Source: Candidatus Atelocyanobacterium thalassae
GTDB taxonomy: Bacteria; Cyanobacteriota; Cyanobacteriia; Cyanobacteriales; Microcystaceae
DNA length: 64,000 nucleotides
Assembly (NCBI GenBank): GCA_051971635.1
Contig: JBFPLN010000003.1
Coordinates: forward strand, 352,001-416,000
Direction of reading: 5' to 3'
Positions 34,410 to 44,381 of this stretch are shown here, one piece after another. The translations under genes were made by a program, and so were the position numbers. The notes beneath the pieces were generated by a model, which searched no databases, was not told where the DNA came from, and was given only the letters and a program-made list of their open reading frames with translations. The first letter of the stretch is position 1, and each line of letters begins with the position of its first letter.

Positions 34410-35830
34410 ATGTCTAAAAACTATTGAATAAATAATGACGGGCAACAATCATTAAATTCTATAAGTTATTTATTTCCAGATTAGTCAAATTCAAGCTGTG
34501 GAGACAAACATTTGAAAAGCAAATTTTTTCAAGGTCTATTAGGAAGGCGAAAAAAAGCTGCTTTTGTATTAATTATTGTTTGGGGTATCATTATCAGCTT
34601 ATATTTTGTACCTTGGGGAATCTGGATTGTTTATATAATAACCACTCTTTTGAGTTTTCGATCACTTCTTATTATCATAACTCAACCAACTAGAATATCC
34701 ACGTCTTTACCTTACGAGGATTTAAAGCAAATTCCTTCAGTCTCTTTACTAGTAGCAATAAAGAACGAAGAAACCGTTATTCGTCAATTAGTAACAGAAT
34801 TATGTGGTTTAGATTATGTGCTTGGAAAATACGATCTCTGGATTGTAAATGATCATAGTACTGATAAAACAGTTAGTATACTAAACGACTTGGCTCAAGA
34901 ATATCCTCAACTTAATATCCTTCTCTTGTAGCAAGAGGTGGTAAATCTGGGGCTCTAAAGAGTGTTCTTCAAAAAGCTAGAGAAGATGTAATTGTAGCTT
35001 TTAATGCAAATGCTAGGGTTTCTAAAGACTTATTAAAACATGTAATTCCATTATTTGCTCAAGAAGAAATAGGTGCAGTACAAGTACGCAAGAAAGTTGT
35101 CAATGAGACCTTAAATTTATGGACTCGGGAATAAGCAGCAGAGATGGCGTTAGATAGTTTTTTTCAAGAGCAACGTATTTCAGTTAATGGGATTGGAGGA
35201 TTACGAGATAATGGCCAGCTTGTTCGTCGTATCGCTTTAGCTAAACGTGGAGGATAGAGCGAACAAACTATTACCGATGATTTGGATTTGACTATTCGTT
35301 TGCATTTAGATGGTTAGAAAATTAAGTTTTTAAATAATCATGCTGTTGAAGAAGAAGGTGTTGTAAGCGCAAAAGCTTTGTGGCATAAGCGTAATCACTG
35401 GGCAGAGGGAGGTTACTAACGTTATTTAGATTATTGGAAGTTTATCCTATATCAACCTATGGGATGGAGTAAAAAGTTTGACTTAATTTTATTTACATTA
35501 GTGCAGTATCTTTTACCGAGTGCTATTACTCCTGATTTTATAATGATGATTGTTCATCACCGTTTATCCTTATTAAGTCTTTTGATAGGGCTAATGCTAT
35601 CTTTATCTTGCTGGGGAATGTTTGTAGGCTTACGTCGAATTTATGGTAAAACAGTTTGGACAACTTTTAGTGTATTACGCTTAATCATAAAAACTTTATG
35701 GGGGGTATTATATATGATGCATTGGTTAATTGTTATGCCTTGTGTTAGAGGGAGAATGTCAATTAGAGCTAAACGTTTAAAGTAGATTAAAACTATACAT
35801 CAAGGGACTATCGTAACAATTGATGAATAA
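34410..35830 (+). pseudogene. mgdA: Monoglucosyldiacylglycerol synthase (sll1377-type GT2), inactivated
   Basis: Full-length relic containing FFQGLLGRRKKAA, AIKNEE, GGKSGAL, GAVQVRK, AEMALDSFFQEQR, EQTITDDLDLTIRLHL, VEEEGV, WAEGGY*RYLDYW, QYLLP, YMMHWL and KRLK*IKTIH. Stops at 34425, 34482, 35132, 35255, 35315, 35417 and 35783; frameshift near 34925. Confidence 0.92.
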
Positions 35831-36225
35831 CTGAAGTAATTGCTATAGATATAATCTATATAGATAGTTTATTAGGCTACTAGAATTAAATTCATATAGA
35901 CTATATCAACCAAGTACACATGTAAGAGAAAGTAAAATCAATATTTATGAAGTAAGGTGTTAAATATGACACGAAAATAAGAGTTGTATTATTGGTCATT
36001 ATTCATAAAAATTTCTTAGATGTAATACTTAAAATATTTAATTCCTAATTGATAAAATATAAGAAAAGTAGATCATTATTTATTATTTTTCCTGGATTGT
36101 ATAGAATATTAAGTGTTACTAAAAAAATGGAGATGATTTTTATTCTAAAACAGTTCTCTACTGTAAAAGTAACTTGAAAGTTTAAATTTAGTATTCTTTT
36201 AACTTTATTGAATATATAACTATAT

Positions 36226-37368
36226 ATGAAATACGCCTTAGTTCATGAATGGCTAACTCCAAAAGCTACAGGAGGTTCTGAATTAGTAGTCAAAGAAATT
36301 CTTAAGCATATAAAAGCTGATGTTTATTCTCTTATTGACTTTGAATCTACTAATCCTAAAAGTTATCTTTATAACCGCTCTATTGGAACCACTTTCTTAC
36401 AATATTTCCCTTTAGCCTATAACGGCGTTCAAAAGTATTTACCTTTTTTGCCTTTAGCTATAGAGCAATTGGATTTAAGAGAATACGATGTAATACTATC
36501 TTCTTCTCACTCTGTAGCTAAAGGAATACTTGCCAGTCCACATCAGCTTCATGTATGTTACTGTCATACACCAATGCGCTATGCCTGGGATTTAACTTTT
36601 GACTATCTCAAAAATTCTATAATAGGTAGAGGAATTCCTGGAATATTTACTCGTTATTTATTACATCATTTAAGACAGTGGGATGTTATCTCTGCTAATC
36701 GTGTTGATTTTTTTATAGCTAATTCTCACCATACTGCTGATCGTATATGGCGTTGCTATCGTCGTAAGGCCAAGGTTATATATCCTCCAGTAGATATAGA
36801 TAGATTTACTTATACTGCTAAAAAAGATAATTTTTATGTTACTGTTTCTAGGCTAGTTAGTTATAAAAAAATTAACTTAATTGTACAGGCCTTCAATAAG
36901 CTAGGATATCCTTTAATCGTTATCGGTGACGGACCAGAAATTTCTAAAATTCGTTCGATTGCTCAGCCAAATATAAAAATTCTAGGAGCGCAAAAAGATT
37001 CAGTAGTAGAAAACTATGTTGCAAAAGCAAAAGCTTTTATATATGCTGCTTGTGAAGATTTTGGAATAGCTTTAGTAGAAGCTCAAGCTTGTGGTACTCC
37101 AGTTATTGCTTATGGGAATGGTGGTGCATTAGAGACTGTAATTGATGTTCAAAAAAATGTACAAGATGGAACTGGAATTTTATTTAAAGATCAAACTGTT
37201 CAGTCTCTTGTTGAAGCAGTTGAAACTTTTCATGATTTTCAACATCAAGTAAATCCTGAAAGTTGTCGCCGTCAAGCGGAGAAATTTTCTCCTAAAATCT
37301 TTGAAACATCTTACTTAGCTTTTTTAGAAAAATGCTATGAAGACTTTACTGCAAATTCCTCGTCATAA
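36226..37368 (+). CDS. GT4 glycosyltransferase (WbaZ-like mannosyltransferase)
   Basis: VHEWL..GGSE, HVCYCHTPMRYAW, SRLVSYK and EDFGIALVEAQACGTPV. Confidence 0.88.
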   Translation: MKYALVHEWLTPKATGGSELVVKEILKHIKADVYSLIDFESTNPKSYLYNRSIGTTFLQYFPLAYNGVQKYLPFLPLAIEQLDLREYDVILSSSHSVAKGILASPHQLHVCYCHTPMRYAWDLTFDYLKNSIIGRGIPGIFTRYLLHHLRQWDVISANRVDFFIANSHHTADRIWRCYRRKAKVIYPPVDIDRFTYTAKKDNFYVTVSRLVSYKKINLIVQAFNKLGYPLIVIGDGPEISKIRSIAQPNIKILGAQKDSVVENYVAKAKAFIYAACEDFGIALVEAQACGTPVIAYGNGGALETVIDVQKNVQDGTGILFKDQTVQSLVEAVETFHDFQHQVNPESCRRQAEKFSPKIFETSYLAFLEKCYEDFTANSSS

Positions 37369-37444
37369 ATTTATATTTATCAATGTATGTAATTTGCTTA
37401 GTAAAATTCTGACAAATTAATATGGTGTAATTTAGAGGAGTGAG

Positions 37445-38179
37445 ATGACTATTAATAACCAATTTACTTCTATTAAAACGTTACAAATTCTAATAAGAAA
37501 AAAATCAATTACCTCAATTGTTCAAAAACTTCATCATAGATCTCGAACACAATATATATTGAGTAATCAATTTATTAAAAGATCTTTTGATATATTATTT
37601 TCTTTTTCTGTATTGATTATTTTTTTACCTCTTTACTTGCTGTTAAGTTTTTTAATAGCAGTTAGTTCTCCTGGGCCTGTTTTTTATTTTCAAGAAAGGG
37701 CTGGAAAAAATTTTAAAAAGTTTAAATGTATTAAATTTAGAACGATGGTTCAAAATGCAGATGAAGTATTAGAATCAATAATGGCAAGTTCTCCACAGAT
37801 TAAAGCTGAATTTGAAAATAATTTTAAGCTAAGAGAGGATCCTCGGGTTACCTGGATCGGGAAGTTCCTCCGTTTAACTAGTTTAGATGAATTTCCTCAA
37901 TTTTGGAACGTCTTAAAAGGAGATATGAGTGTTGTTGGTCCCAGACCATTGGTCACTGATGAGCTTTGTAAATACGGAGATAAGATAGGGAAAGTCTTAA
38001 CTATTCGGCCAGGAATAACTGGTTTGTGGCAAGTTTCAGGTCGTAATGATATTCCCTACCCTCAAAGAGTGCAAATTGATATTTATTATGTAAATTATCA
38101 TACCTGGATTATGGATGTATGGATAATTTTTAAAACTATTGGAGTAATTATTTTCCCAAAAAATAATGGTGCTTACTAA
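37445..38179 (+). CDS. Undecaprenyl-phosphate sugar phosphotransferase (WcaJ/RfbP-type)
   Basis: KRSFDI, KFRTM, DPRVT, SLDEFPQFWNVLKGDMSVVGPRP and RPGITGLWQVSGR. Confidence 0.93.
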   Translation: MTINNQFTSIKTLQILIRKKSITSIVQKLHHRSRTQYILSNQFIKRSFDILFSFSVLIIFLPLYLLLSFLIAVSSPGPVFYFQERAGKNFKKFKCIKFRTMVQNADEVLESIMASSPQIKAEFENNFKLREDPRVTWIGKFLRLTSLDEFPQFWNVLKGDMSVVGPRPLVTDELCKYGDKIGKVLTIRPGITGLWQVSGRNDIPYPQRVQIDIYYVNYHTWIMDVWIIFKTIGVIIFPKNNGAY

Positions 38180-38299
38180 GCCAAATATCCATATACCATA
38201 TAGACCTAATATAATGTAATTATTATAGATAATAAGAATTTATTTAGTTTAATCCAAACGAAAAATACTATATTTTTTTGATTTCATAGTTCATTTTAT

Positions 38300-38600
38300 T
38301 TACTGCGGATAAAAAAATTAACTATGAAATCAATGTGCTTCTGAATTTCATTACGCGATATTACAAGCTAAGCCAGTGTACCTCTTCAAGATGTACACCC
38401 TTAATTATTAGTATAGATGTACTTGTAAAAATTGCTAACAAATTAGCACAGATTAAATATCCAGCAACTAATAATACAGAACTTATTGGTAGAAATGTTT
38501 GCAGAATAATTGACATTAAGGCACCATAATCACAGGAAATCCCACAATAAGTAAACACACTATTAAAGAAAAACTCCATATTAAAAAGCTCCTAATCATT
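38300..38600 (-). pseudogene. Possible eroded remnant of a membrane-protein gene (family not recognised)
   Basis: A 72-aa hydrophobic open frame (38361-38579) continues past its stop with further stops, inside a 1.1-kb gene-free gap. Confidence 0.25.
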
Positions 38601-38787
38601 AGGAAAGTGTTAAAAAATTTTAAATTTATTTTTTGTACAAGGTTCATATATTATTTCTCCATAGAAAACATAAGCTTAAAAAATACTTATCTAAATCAAT
38701 ATAGGTATCATAATAAATTGATAGTATTTTTCGACACAAAGATTAACATATAAAACTAGCTTTTGTTTCTTGCATATAGTTTCGCCT

Positions 38788-38859
38788 AAAAGGCAATATA
38801 TTAAACTTTTATTATTGAATTAACTAATCTAATAATAAAAGTTTAATATATTGCCTTTT
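38788..38859. repeat. 29-bp perfect inverted repeat with a 14-nt spacer
   Basis: AAAAGGCAATATATTAAACTTTTATTATT (38788-38816) and its exact reverse complement (38831-38859). Confidence 0.95.
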
Positions 38860-39318
38860 TTATACTACTTAGTAGTTTCTATTAATATTATTTAAAATAT
38901 ATTTTTAAGCTTATTAAATGTTTTGATTTAAATACTTTGAATATTTAACTAGTTTTTAATCTGATAGTATAAAATGCCAGCAATATTATGTTAAAAAATA
39001 TAGATATTGATATCCTAGACAATAGCGACTCTAATGTTGCATATTGGGATGTCTGATTCGAAACCATAATATAATTTACAAATACCAGAAAAACAAATCT
39101 AATTTTTTATTAATATCTTTTTTATTAGATTATTTTATCGCTTTAAGTCTAGATATAATGACCTTGTTGCTTTAAAGTAAAAAAGGTTATCATTTTTAAT
39201 AATGTAATTCTAAAAATAAAAGTTCAAGAAAAATTAAACCTACACAATATAGTTTTAATCTTTTTTCGAAACTGATATTAAACATATAAAAATAGTCTTT
39301 TCTAGATAAAACTGTCTT

Positions 39319-40401
39319 ATGAATGATGATTATTTATTGTCAAGTTATGACTATCACTTACCTTCAAAACTAATTGCTCAGAATCCTCTAGTCCCAAGAG
39401 ATTCTTCACGTTTATTAGTAGTCAATTCTTCAAATACTCATGTTCATAGTTTTTTTAATGAATTACCTAAATGGTTGCTACCTGGAGATCTGCTCGTATT
39501 TAATAATACACGTGTTGTTCCGGCAAGACTTTATGGACAAAAGACTACTGGAGCTAAAGTTGAAGTATTACTATTAGAAGAAAAAAAGCCTTTCACCTGG
39601 CTTGTATTAGTTAAACCAGGTAAAAGATGTAAGATTGGCAGTGAAATTTTATTTAAAAGAGGATTAAAGGAATTTGAACAAAATGATCTACTTAAAGCAA
39701 CAGTAATAGATCAGGATGAACAAACGGGAGGAAGAATATTAAAGTTTGACGTAAGTTCTAAGAGTGCATTCTGGGAAAATTTAGAAAAAATTGGACATCT
39801 TCCTCTACCGCCATACATTACTAAATGTAGTGCAAACCCATCTCAGTATCAAACGATTTATGCGCAAAAGCCAGGTGCAATTGCTGCTCCAACAGCAGGT
39901 TTACATTTCACTCAAGAGTTGCTAAAAAATTTGCAAGAAAGAGGAATTGATCAAGCTTATGTCACTTTACATGTAGGATTGGGAACATTCCGTCCAGTGA
40001 ACACAGATGATATAAAAAAACATACGATGCATCAAGAATGGGTGGAAGTATCAAATCAAACGATCCAAAAAATTCATGAAACTAAAAGGAAAGGAGGACG
40101 AGTTATAGCAGTTGGAACAACTGTAGTAAGAGCTTTGGAAGGAATGGCAGATGTGGTTTCAATGGATAAAAAATGTGATGTAGAGTCTTTTTCGGGTAAA
40201 ACTGATATCTTTATATATCCAGGATATAGTTGGCGATTGATTGATGGAATGATCACGAACTTTCATCTTCCTAAATCTAGTTTATTAATGCTTGTTAGTG
40301 CTCTGATAGGTAGAAAAAGACTATTAGAATTGTATAAAATAGCTATTGAGCAAAAGTACCGTTTTTATTCTTTTGGAGATGGAATGCTGGTTCTATTCTA
40401 A
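39319..40401 (+). CDS. queA: SAM:tRNA ribosyltransferase-isomerase
   Basis: LIAQ, NNTRVVPARL, PLPPYI, AAPTAGLHF, TLHVGLGTF, TNFHLPKS and YRFYSFGD. Confidence 0.98.
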   Translation: MNDDYLLSSYDYHLPSKLIAQNPLVPRDSSRLLVVNSSNTHVHSFFNELPKWLLPGDLLVFNNTRVVPARLYGQKTTGAKVEVLLLEEKKPFTWLVLVKPGKRCKIGSEILFKRGLKEFEQNDLLKATVIDQDEQTGGRILKFDVSSKSAFWENLEKIGHLPLPPYITKCSANPSQYQTIYAQKPGAIAAPTAGLHFTQELLKNLQERGIDQAYVTLHVGLGTFRPVNTDDIKKHTMHQEWVEVSNQTIQKIHETKRKGGRVIAVGTTVVRALEGMADVVSMDKKCDVESFSGKTDIFIYPGYSWRLIDGMITNFHLPKSSLLMLVSALIGRKRLLELYKIAIEQKYRFYSFGDGMLVLF

Positions 40402-40437
40402 TATCTTGAAAAACTTTGAGAATTAAAAATAAAGATT

Positions 40438-43293
40438 ATGGCTGATTTAGATAACATCCGTATTCGTGGCGCTAGGCAACATAACTTAAAAAATATTAGT
40501 CTTGAACTTCCTCGTAATAAATTAATTGTTTTTACAGGGGTATCAGGTTCAGGAAAATCTTCTTTAGCATTTGATACTATTTTTGCCGAAGGACAAAGAC
40601 GTTATGTAGAGTCATTAAGCGCCTATGCTAGACAATTTTTAGGACAATTAGATAAGCCTGATATTGATACAATCGAAGGTCTGAGCCCTGCTATCTCTAT
40701 TGATCAAAAATCTACTTCTCATAATCCTCGTTCAACAGTAGGTACTGTAACAGAAATTTATGACTATTTGAGATTATTATTTGGTCGAGCCGGTGTGCCA
40801 TATTGTCCTATATGTGGTCAAGCTATTTCTCCTCAAACTATTGATCAGATATGCGATCGCATAATGGAATTGCCAGAAAATACAAAATTTCAGATTTTAG
40901 CTCCAGTAGTAAGAAGAAAAAAAGGAACTCATAAGCAATTATTATCTAGCTTAGCTTCTCAAGGGTTTGTAAGAGTAAGAGTTAATGGAAAAATTAAAGA
41001 AATTACGGATAATATTCAACTAAATAAAAACCAATATCATAGTATTGAAATTGTTATTGATCGTCTTATTAAAAAAAGAGGTATTGAAGAGAGATTAGCG
41101 GATTCTTTAAAAACTTGTTTAATTAATTCTGAAGGATTGTCAATAATCAGTATTGATACGGAAAAATCTACTCAAATTGGGAAGTCAGAGATTGAGACAC
41201 CTTTAGAATTAAGGTTTTCTGAAAATTTTTCTTGCCCTGAGCATGGAACAGTGATGGAAGAACTTTCTCCTCGCTTATTCTCCTTTAATTCTCCCTATGG
41301 TGCTTGTCCTGATTGCCATGGTTTAGGAACTCTGCGCAAATTTTCTCCAGATTTAATTATTCCTAATCCTTCTTCCCCAATTTATGCAGCCATTGCTCCT
41401 TGGTCAGAAAAAAATAATTCTTATTATTTATCCTTACTACATAGTATTGGTAAAAGTTGTGGTTTTGATATCCAAACGCCTTGGAATGAATTGACTGAAG
41501 AACAAAAAGAGTTTCTGTTATATGGTAGTGATAAACCTATATGGTTTGAGGAAGATTCCCGATTTAATAATCGTAAAGGATATTATTATAATTTCCAAGG
41601 AATTTTAGCAATTTTAGAACGCAACTACCGTGAAACTAGTTCCGAGAACATGAAACAAAAATTGGAGAGATATATTATTGAACAAACCTGTAGATCTTGT
41701 TCAGGAAAACGTTTAAAGTCAGAAGTGCTATCTGTCAAGTTAGGACAGTACAACATTGATGAATTAACAAGTGTTTCTATTGATAAATGCTTGAAGAGAA
41801 TAGAACAATTAGATTTAACTCCAAAGCAAAAGTTAATTGGTGAGATAGCATTAAAAGAAATTAAAAATCGATTACAGTTTCTTTTAGATGTTGGTTTAAA
41901 CTATTTAACATTGAACAGAGGAACAGCAACTTTGTCAGGAGGTGAAGCACAAAGAATCCGCTTAGCAACACAAATTGGTTCAGGATTAACAGGAGTATTG
42001 TATGTATTAGATGAACCAAGTATTGGGTTACATCAAAGAGATAATGAACGCCTTTTAAAAACTTTAAAAGCACTTAGAGATTTGGGTAATACTCTGATAG
42101 TTGTTGAACATGATGAAGAAACAATTCGTACAGCTGACTATATAGTTGATATAGGTCCCTTAGCAGGAACATACGGAGGACAGATAGTTTCTCAAGGAAA
42201 CTTAGAAACATTACTGAAATCAGAACATTCTCTTACAGCAGATTACTTGTCCGGTAAAAGAGTAATTAGAAAACAAGAAAAAAGACGATTGGGAAGTGGT
42301 GCTGCTTTACAGTTGAAAGATTGTTATGCTAACAACTTGAAAAATATTAATGTATCAATTCCATTAGGTAAGTTAGTTAGTATTACAGGAGTTTCTGGCT
42401 CAGGAAAATCTACTTTGATCAAAAATATCTTATATCCTGCATTACAAAATTATTTAACGAAAAAGACCCCTTTCCCGAAATACCTTTCTGAAATCAAAGG
42501 ACTTGAACTAATTGATAAAGTAATTATTATAGATCAATCTCCTATTGGCAGAACTCCTCGTTCAAATCCTGTCACCTATACTGGCATTTTTGATAATATA
42601 CGAGAACTTTTTTCACAAACTATAGAAGCAAAGGCAAGAGGCTATAAACCTGGACAATTTTCCTTTAATGTAAAAGGAGGAAGATGTGAAAATTGTAGAG
42701 GACAAGGAGTAAATATAATAGAAATGAATTTTTTGCCAGATGTATATGTTCAGTGTGAAGTTTGTAAAGGAACAAGATATAATCGGGAGACTCTACAAGT
42801 CAAATATAAAGGATATACAATTTCTGATGTTTTAAATATGACTATTGAAGAAGGATTACAAGTTTTTGAAAATATTCCTAGAGCTATAAATAGGTTACAA
42901 ACTTTAGTAGATGTAGGATTGGGATATTTAAAGCTAGGACAGTCAGCACCAACATTATCGGGAGGAGAAGCACAACGAGTTAAATTAGCTTCAGAATTAT
43001 CTCGTAGAGCAACAGGGAAAACTTTGTATCTTATTGACGAACCTACTACTGGTTTATCTTTTTATGATGTTCATCATTTATTAGATATTTTGCAAAGATT
43101 AGTTGACAAGGGAAATTCAATTGTCGTTATTGAGCACAATTTGGATGTAATTAAATGCTCAGATTGGATAATTGATCTGGGTCCAGAGGGTGGAGATAGA
43201 GGAGGTACTATCGTTGCAACTGGGACTCCAGAAACAGTTGCTCAAAACCCTAAATCTCATACAGGAAAATATTTAAAAAATATCTTAGAATAA
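40438..43293 (+). CDS. uvrA: Excinuclease ABC subunit A
   Basis: GARQHNLKN, two GVSGSGKS motifs, zinc fingers, two LSGGEAQR motifs and DLGPEGG. Confidence 0.98.
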   Translation: MADLDNIRIRGARQHNLKNISLELPRNKLIVFTGVSGSGKSSLAFDTIFAEGQRRYVESLSAYARQFLGQLDKPDIDTIEGLSPAISIDQKSTSHNPRSTVGTVTEIYDYLRLLFGRAGVPYCPICGQAISPQTIDQICDRIMELPENTKFQILAPVVRRKKGTHKQLLSSLASQGFVRVRVNGKIKEITDNIQLNKNQYHSIEIVIDRLIKKRGIEERLADSLKTCLINSEGLSIISIDTEKSTQIGKSEIETPLELRFSENFSCPEHGTVMEELSPRLFSFNSPYGACPDCHGLGTLRKFSPDLIIPNPSSPIYAAIAPWSEKNNSYYLSLLHSIGKSCGFDIQTPWNELTEEQKEFLLYGSDKPIWFEEDSRFNNRKGYYYNFQGILAILERNYRETSSENMKQKLERYIIEQTCRSCSGKRLKSEVLSVKLGQYNIDELTSVSIDKCLKRIEQLDLTPKQKLIGEIALKEIKNRLQFLLDVGLNYLTLNRGTATLSGGEAQRIRLATQIGSGLTGVLYVLDEPSIGLHQRDNERLLKTLKALRDLGNTLIVVEHDEETIRTADYIVDIGPLAGTYGGQIVSQGNLETLLKSEHSLTADYLSGKRVIRKQEKRRLGSGAALQLKDCYANNLKNINVSIPLGKLVSITGVSGSGKSTLIKNILYPALQNYLTKKTPFPKYLSEIKGLELIDKVIIIDQSPIGRTPRSNPVTYTGIFDNIRELFSQTIEAKARGYKPGQFSFNVKGGRCENCRGQGVNIIEMNFLPDVYVQCEVCKGTRYNRETLQVKYKGYTISDVLNMTIEEGLQVFENIPRAINRLQTLVDVGLGYLKLGQSAPTLSGGEAQRVKLASELSRRATGKTLYLIDEPTTGLSFYDVHHLLDILQRLVDKGNSIVVIEHNLDVIKCSDWIIDLGPEGGDRGGTIVATGTPETVAQNPKSHTGKYLKNILE

Positions 43294-43458
43294 AGTCAAG
43301 TTTTGTAGGAAAGTCCTATGTCTAAAAAATTATGTGTTATTAAAATTTTTTTTTATCTAATTATTTAATTTTCAAGTGAATTAATTAATTTGCGAAAAGG
43401 AATTGTAACTTAAAAAATTTATAATTTTAAACCTTAAAAATTATTTGTATATTACGGT

Positions 43459-44160
43459 ATGTCTATTCAAAAAGAATCTAGGCTCATTATAGCTATTGAT
43501 GGGCCAGCAGGAGCTGGTAAATCAACTGTAACTCGGAAAGTAGCTAAAGCACTCAATTTAAATTATTTAGATACAGGAGCAATGTATCGAGCAATTACCT
43601 GGTTAATACTAAAATCGAAAATTGCATTAGAGAACCAAAAAGCAATAGCAAAATTAATTGAAACAACAACTTTATACTTGATAGATAATTCTAAAGAAGA
43701 AATATCTCAAGTTTTTATAAATGGAGAAGATGTAACTAAAAATTTAAGGACATTAGAAGTAACTCAAGCAGTTTCTTCAGTTTCAGCTCAAGCTGCAGTG
43801 AGAAGTAAATTAGTAAAATATCAACGAGAAGTAGGTTGTTCTGGAAGGGTAATTGCTGAAGGACGAGATATTGGTACTAATGTTTTTCCGGATGCAGATA
43901 TTAAAATATTTCTTACCGCATCTGTGAAAGAAAGAGCGAAACGTAGGCTAATAGATTATAAATCTCATAAATTAGAGAATATTAGTATATATCAACTAGA
44001 AAAAGATATTGAAGAAAGAGATTATCAAGATAGCCATCGAAAGATTGCACCTTTGTGTAAAGCTATTGACGCTATTGAGCTAAATACAGATGGGCTCACG
44101 ATTGAAGACGTAACGTCTCAAATAATTTATATATGTAAAAATAGAGGATATTTTAATTAG
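43459..44160 (+). CDS. cmk: Cytidylate kinase (stand-alone, no PanC domain)
   Basis: IAIDGPAGAGKST, LDTGAMYRA, EGRDIGT.VFPDA and FLTASV.ERA.RR. Confidence 0.95.
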   Translation: MSIQKESRLIIAIDGPAGAGKSTVTRKVAKALNLNYLDTGAMYRAITWLILKSKIALENQKAIAKLIETTTLYLIDNSKEEISQVFINGEDVTKNLRTLEVTQAVSSVSAQAAVRSKLVKYQREVGCSGRVIAEGRDIGTNVFPDADIKIFLTASVKERAKRRLIDYKSHKLENISIYQLEKDIEERDYQDSHRKIAPLCKAIDAIELNTDGLTIEDVTSQIIYICKNRGYFN

Positions 44161-44303
44161 AAAGATATATTTTAAACCAATAAAAATACATTTAATTCAT
44201 GCATAAAGACAAAGCAAAAGTATTCATTAATTATATTTGCGGTTTTAAATAAATTTGTACCAAAATTATTTAATAATTTAGTCATTGCATACATATTACA
44301 ATA

Positions 44304-44349
44304 ATTAGAAATCTAGGATAATTAATATTCATATCCTACGATTTCTAAT
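44304..44349. terminator. Hairpin between convergent cmk and fbaA
   Basis: ATTAGAAATCTAGGATA...TATCCTACGATTTCTAAT; 17-bp stem with one bulge. Confidence 0.65.
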
Positions 44350-44381
44350 CATAAAACAAAGTCGTAATGATTATCTTGTAA

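Noticed and set aside
34512..35785. ORFs 34512-34931 and 35459-35785 as two independent small genes
   Set aside because: They are collinear fragments of the single mgdA pseudogene.
34410..35830. Stop-codon reassignment or RNA editing rescuing mgdA
   Set aside because: All three stop types occur, along with a frameshift and mutated catalytic motifs, and intact genes in the window use TAA, TAG and TGA as normal stops.
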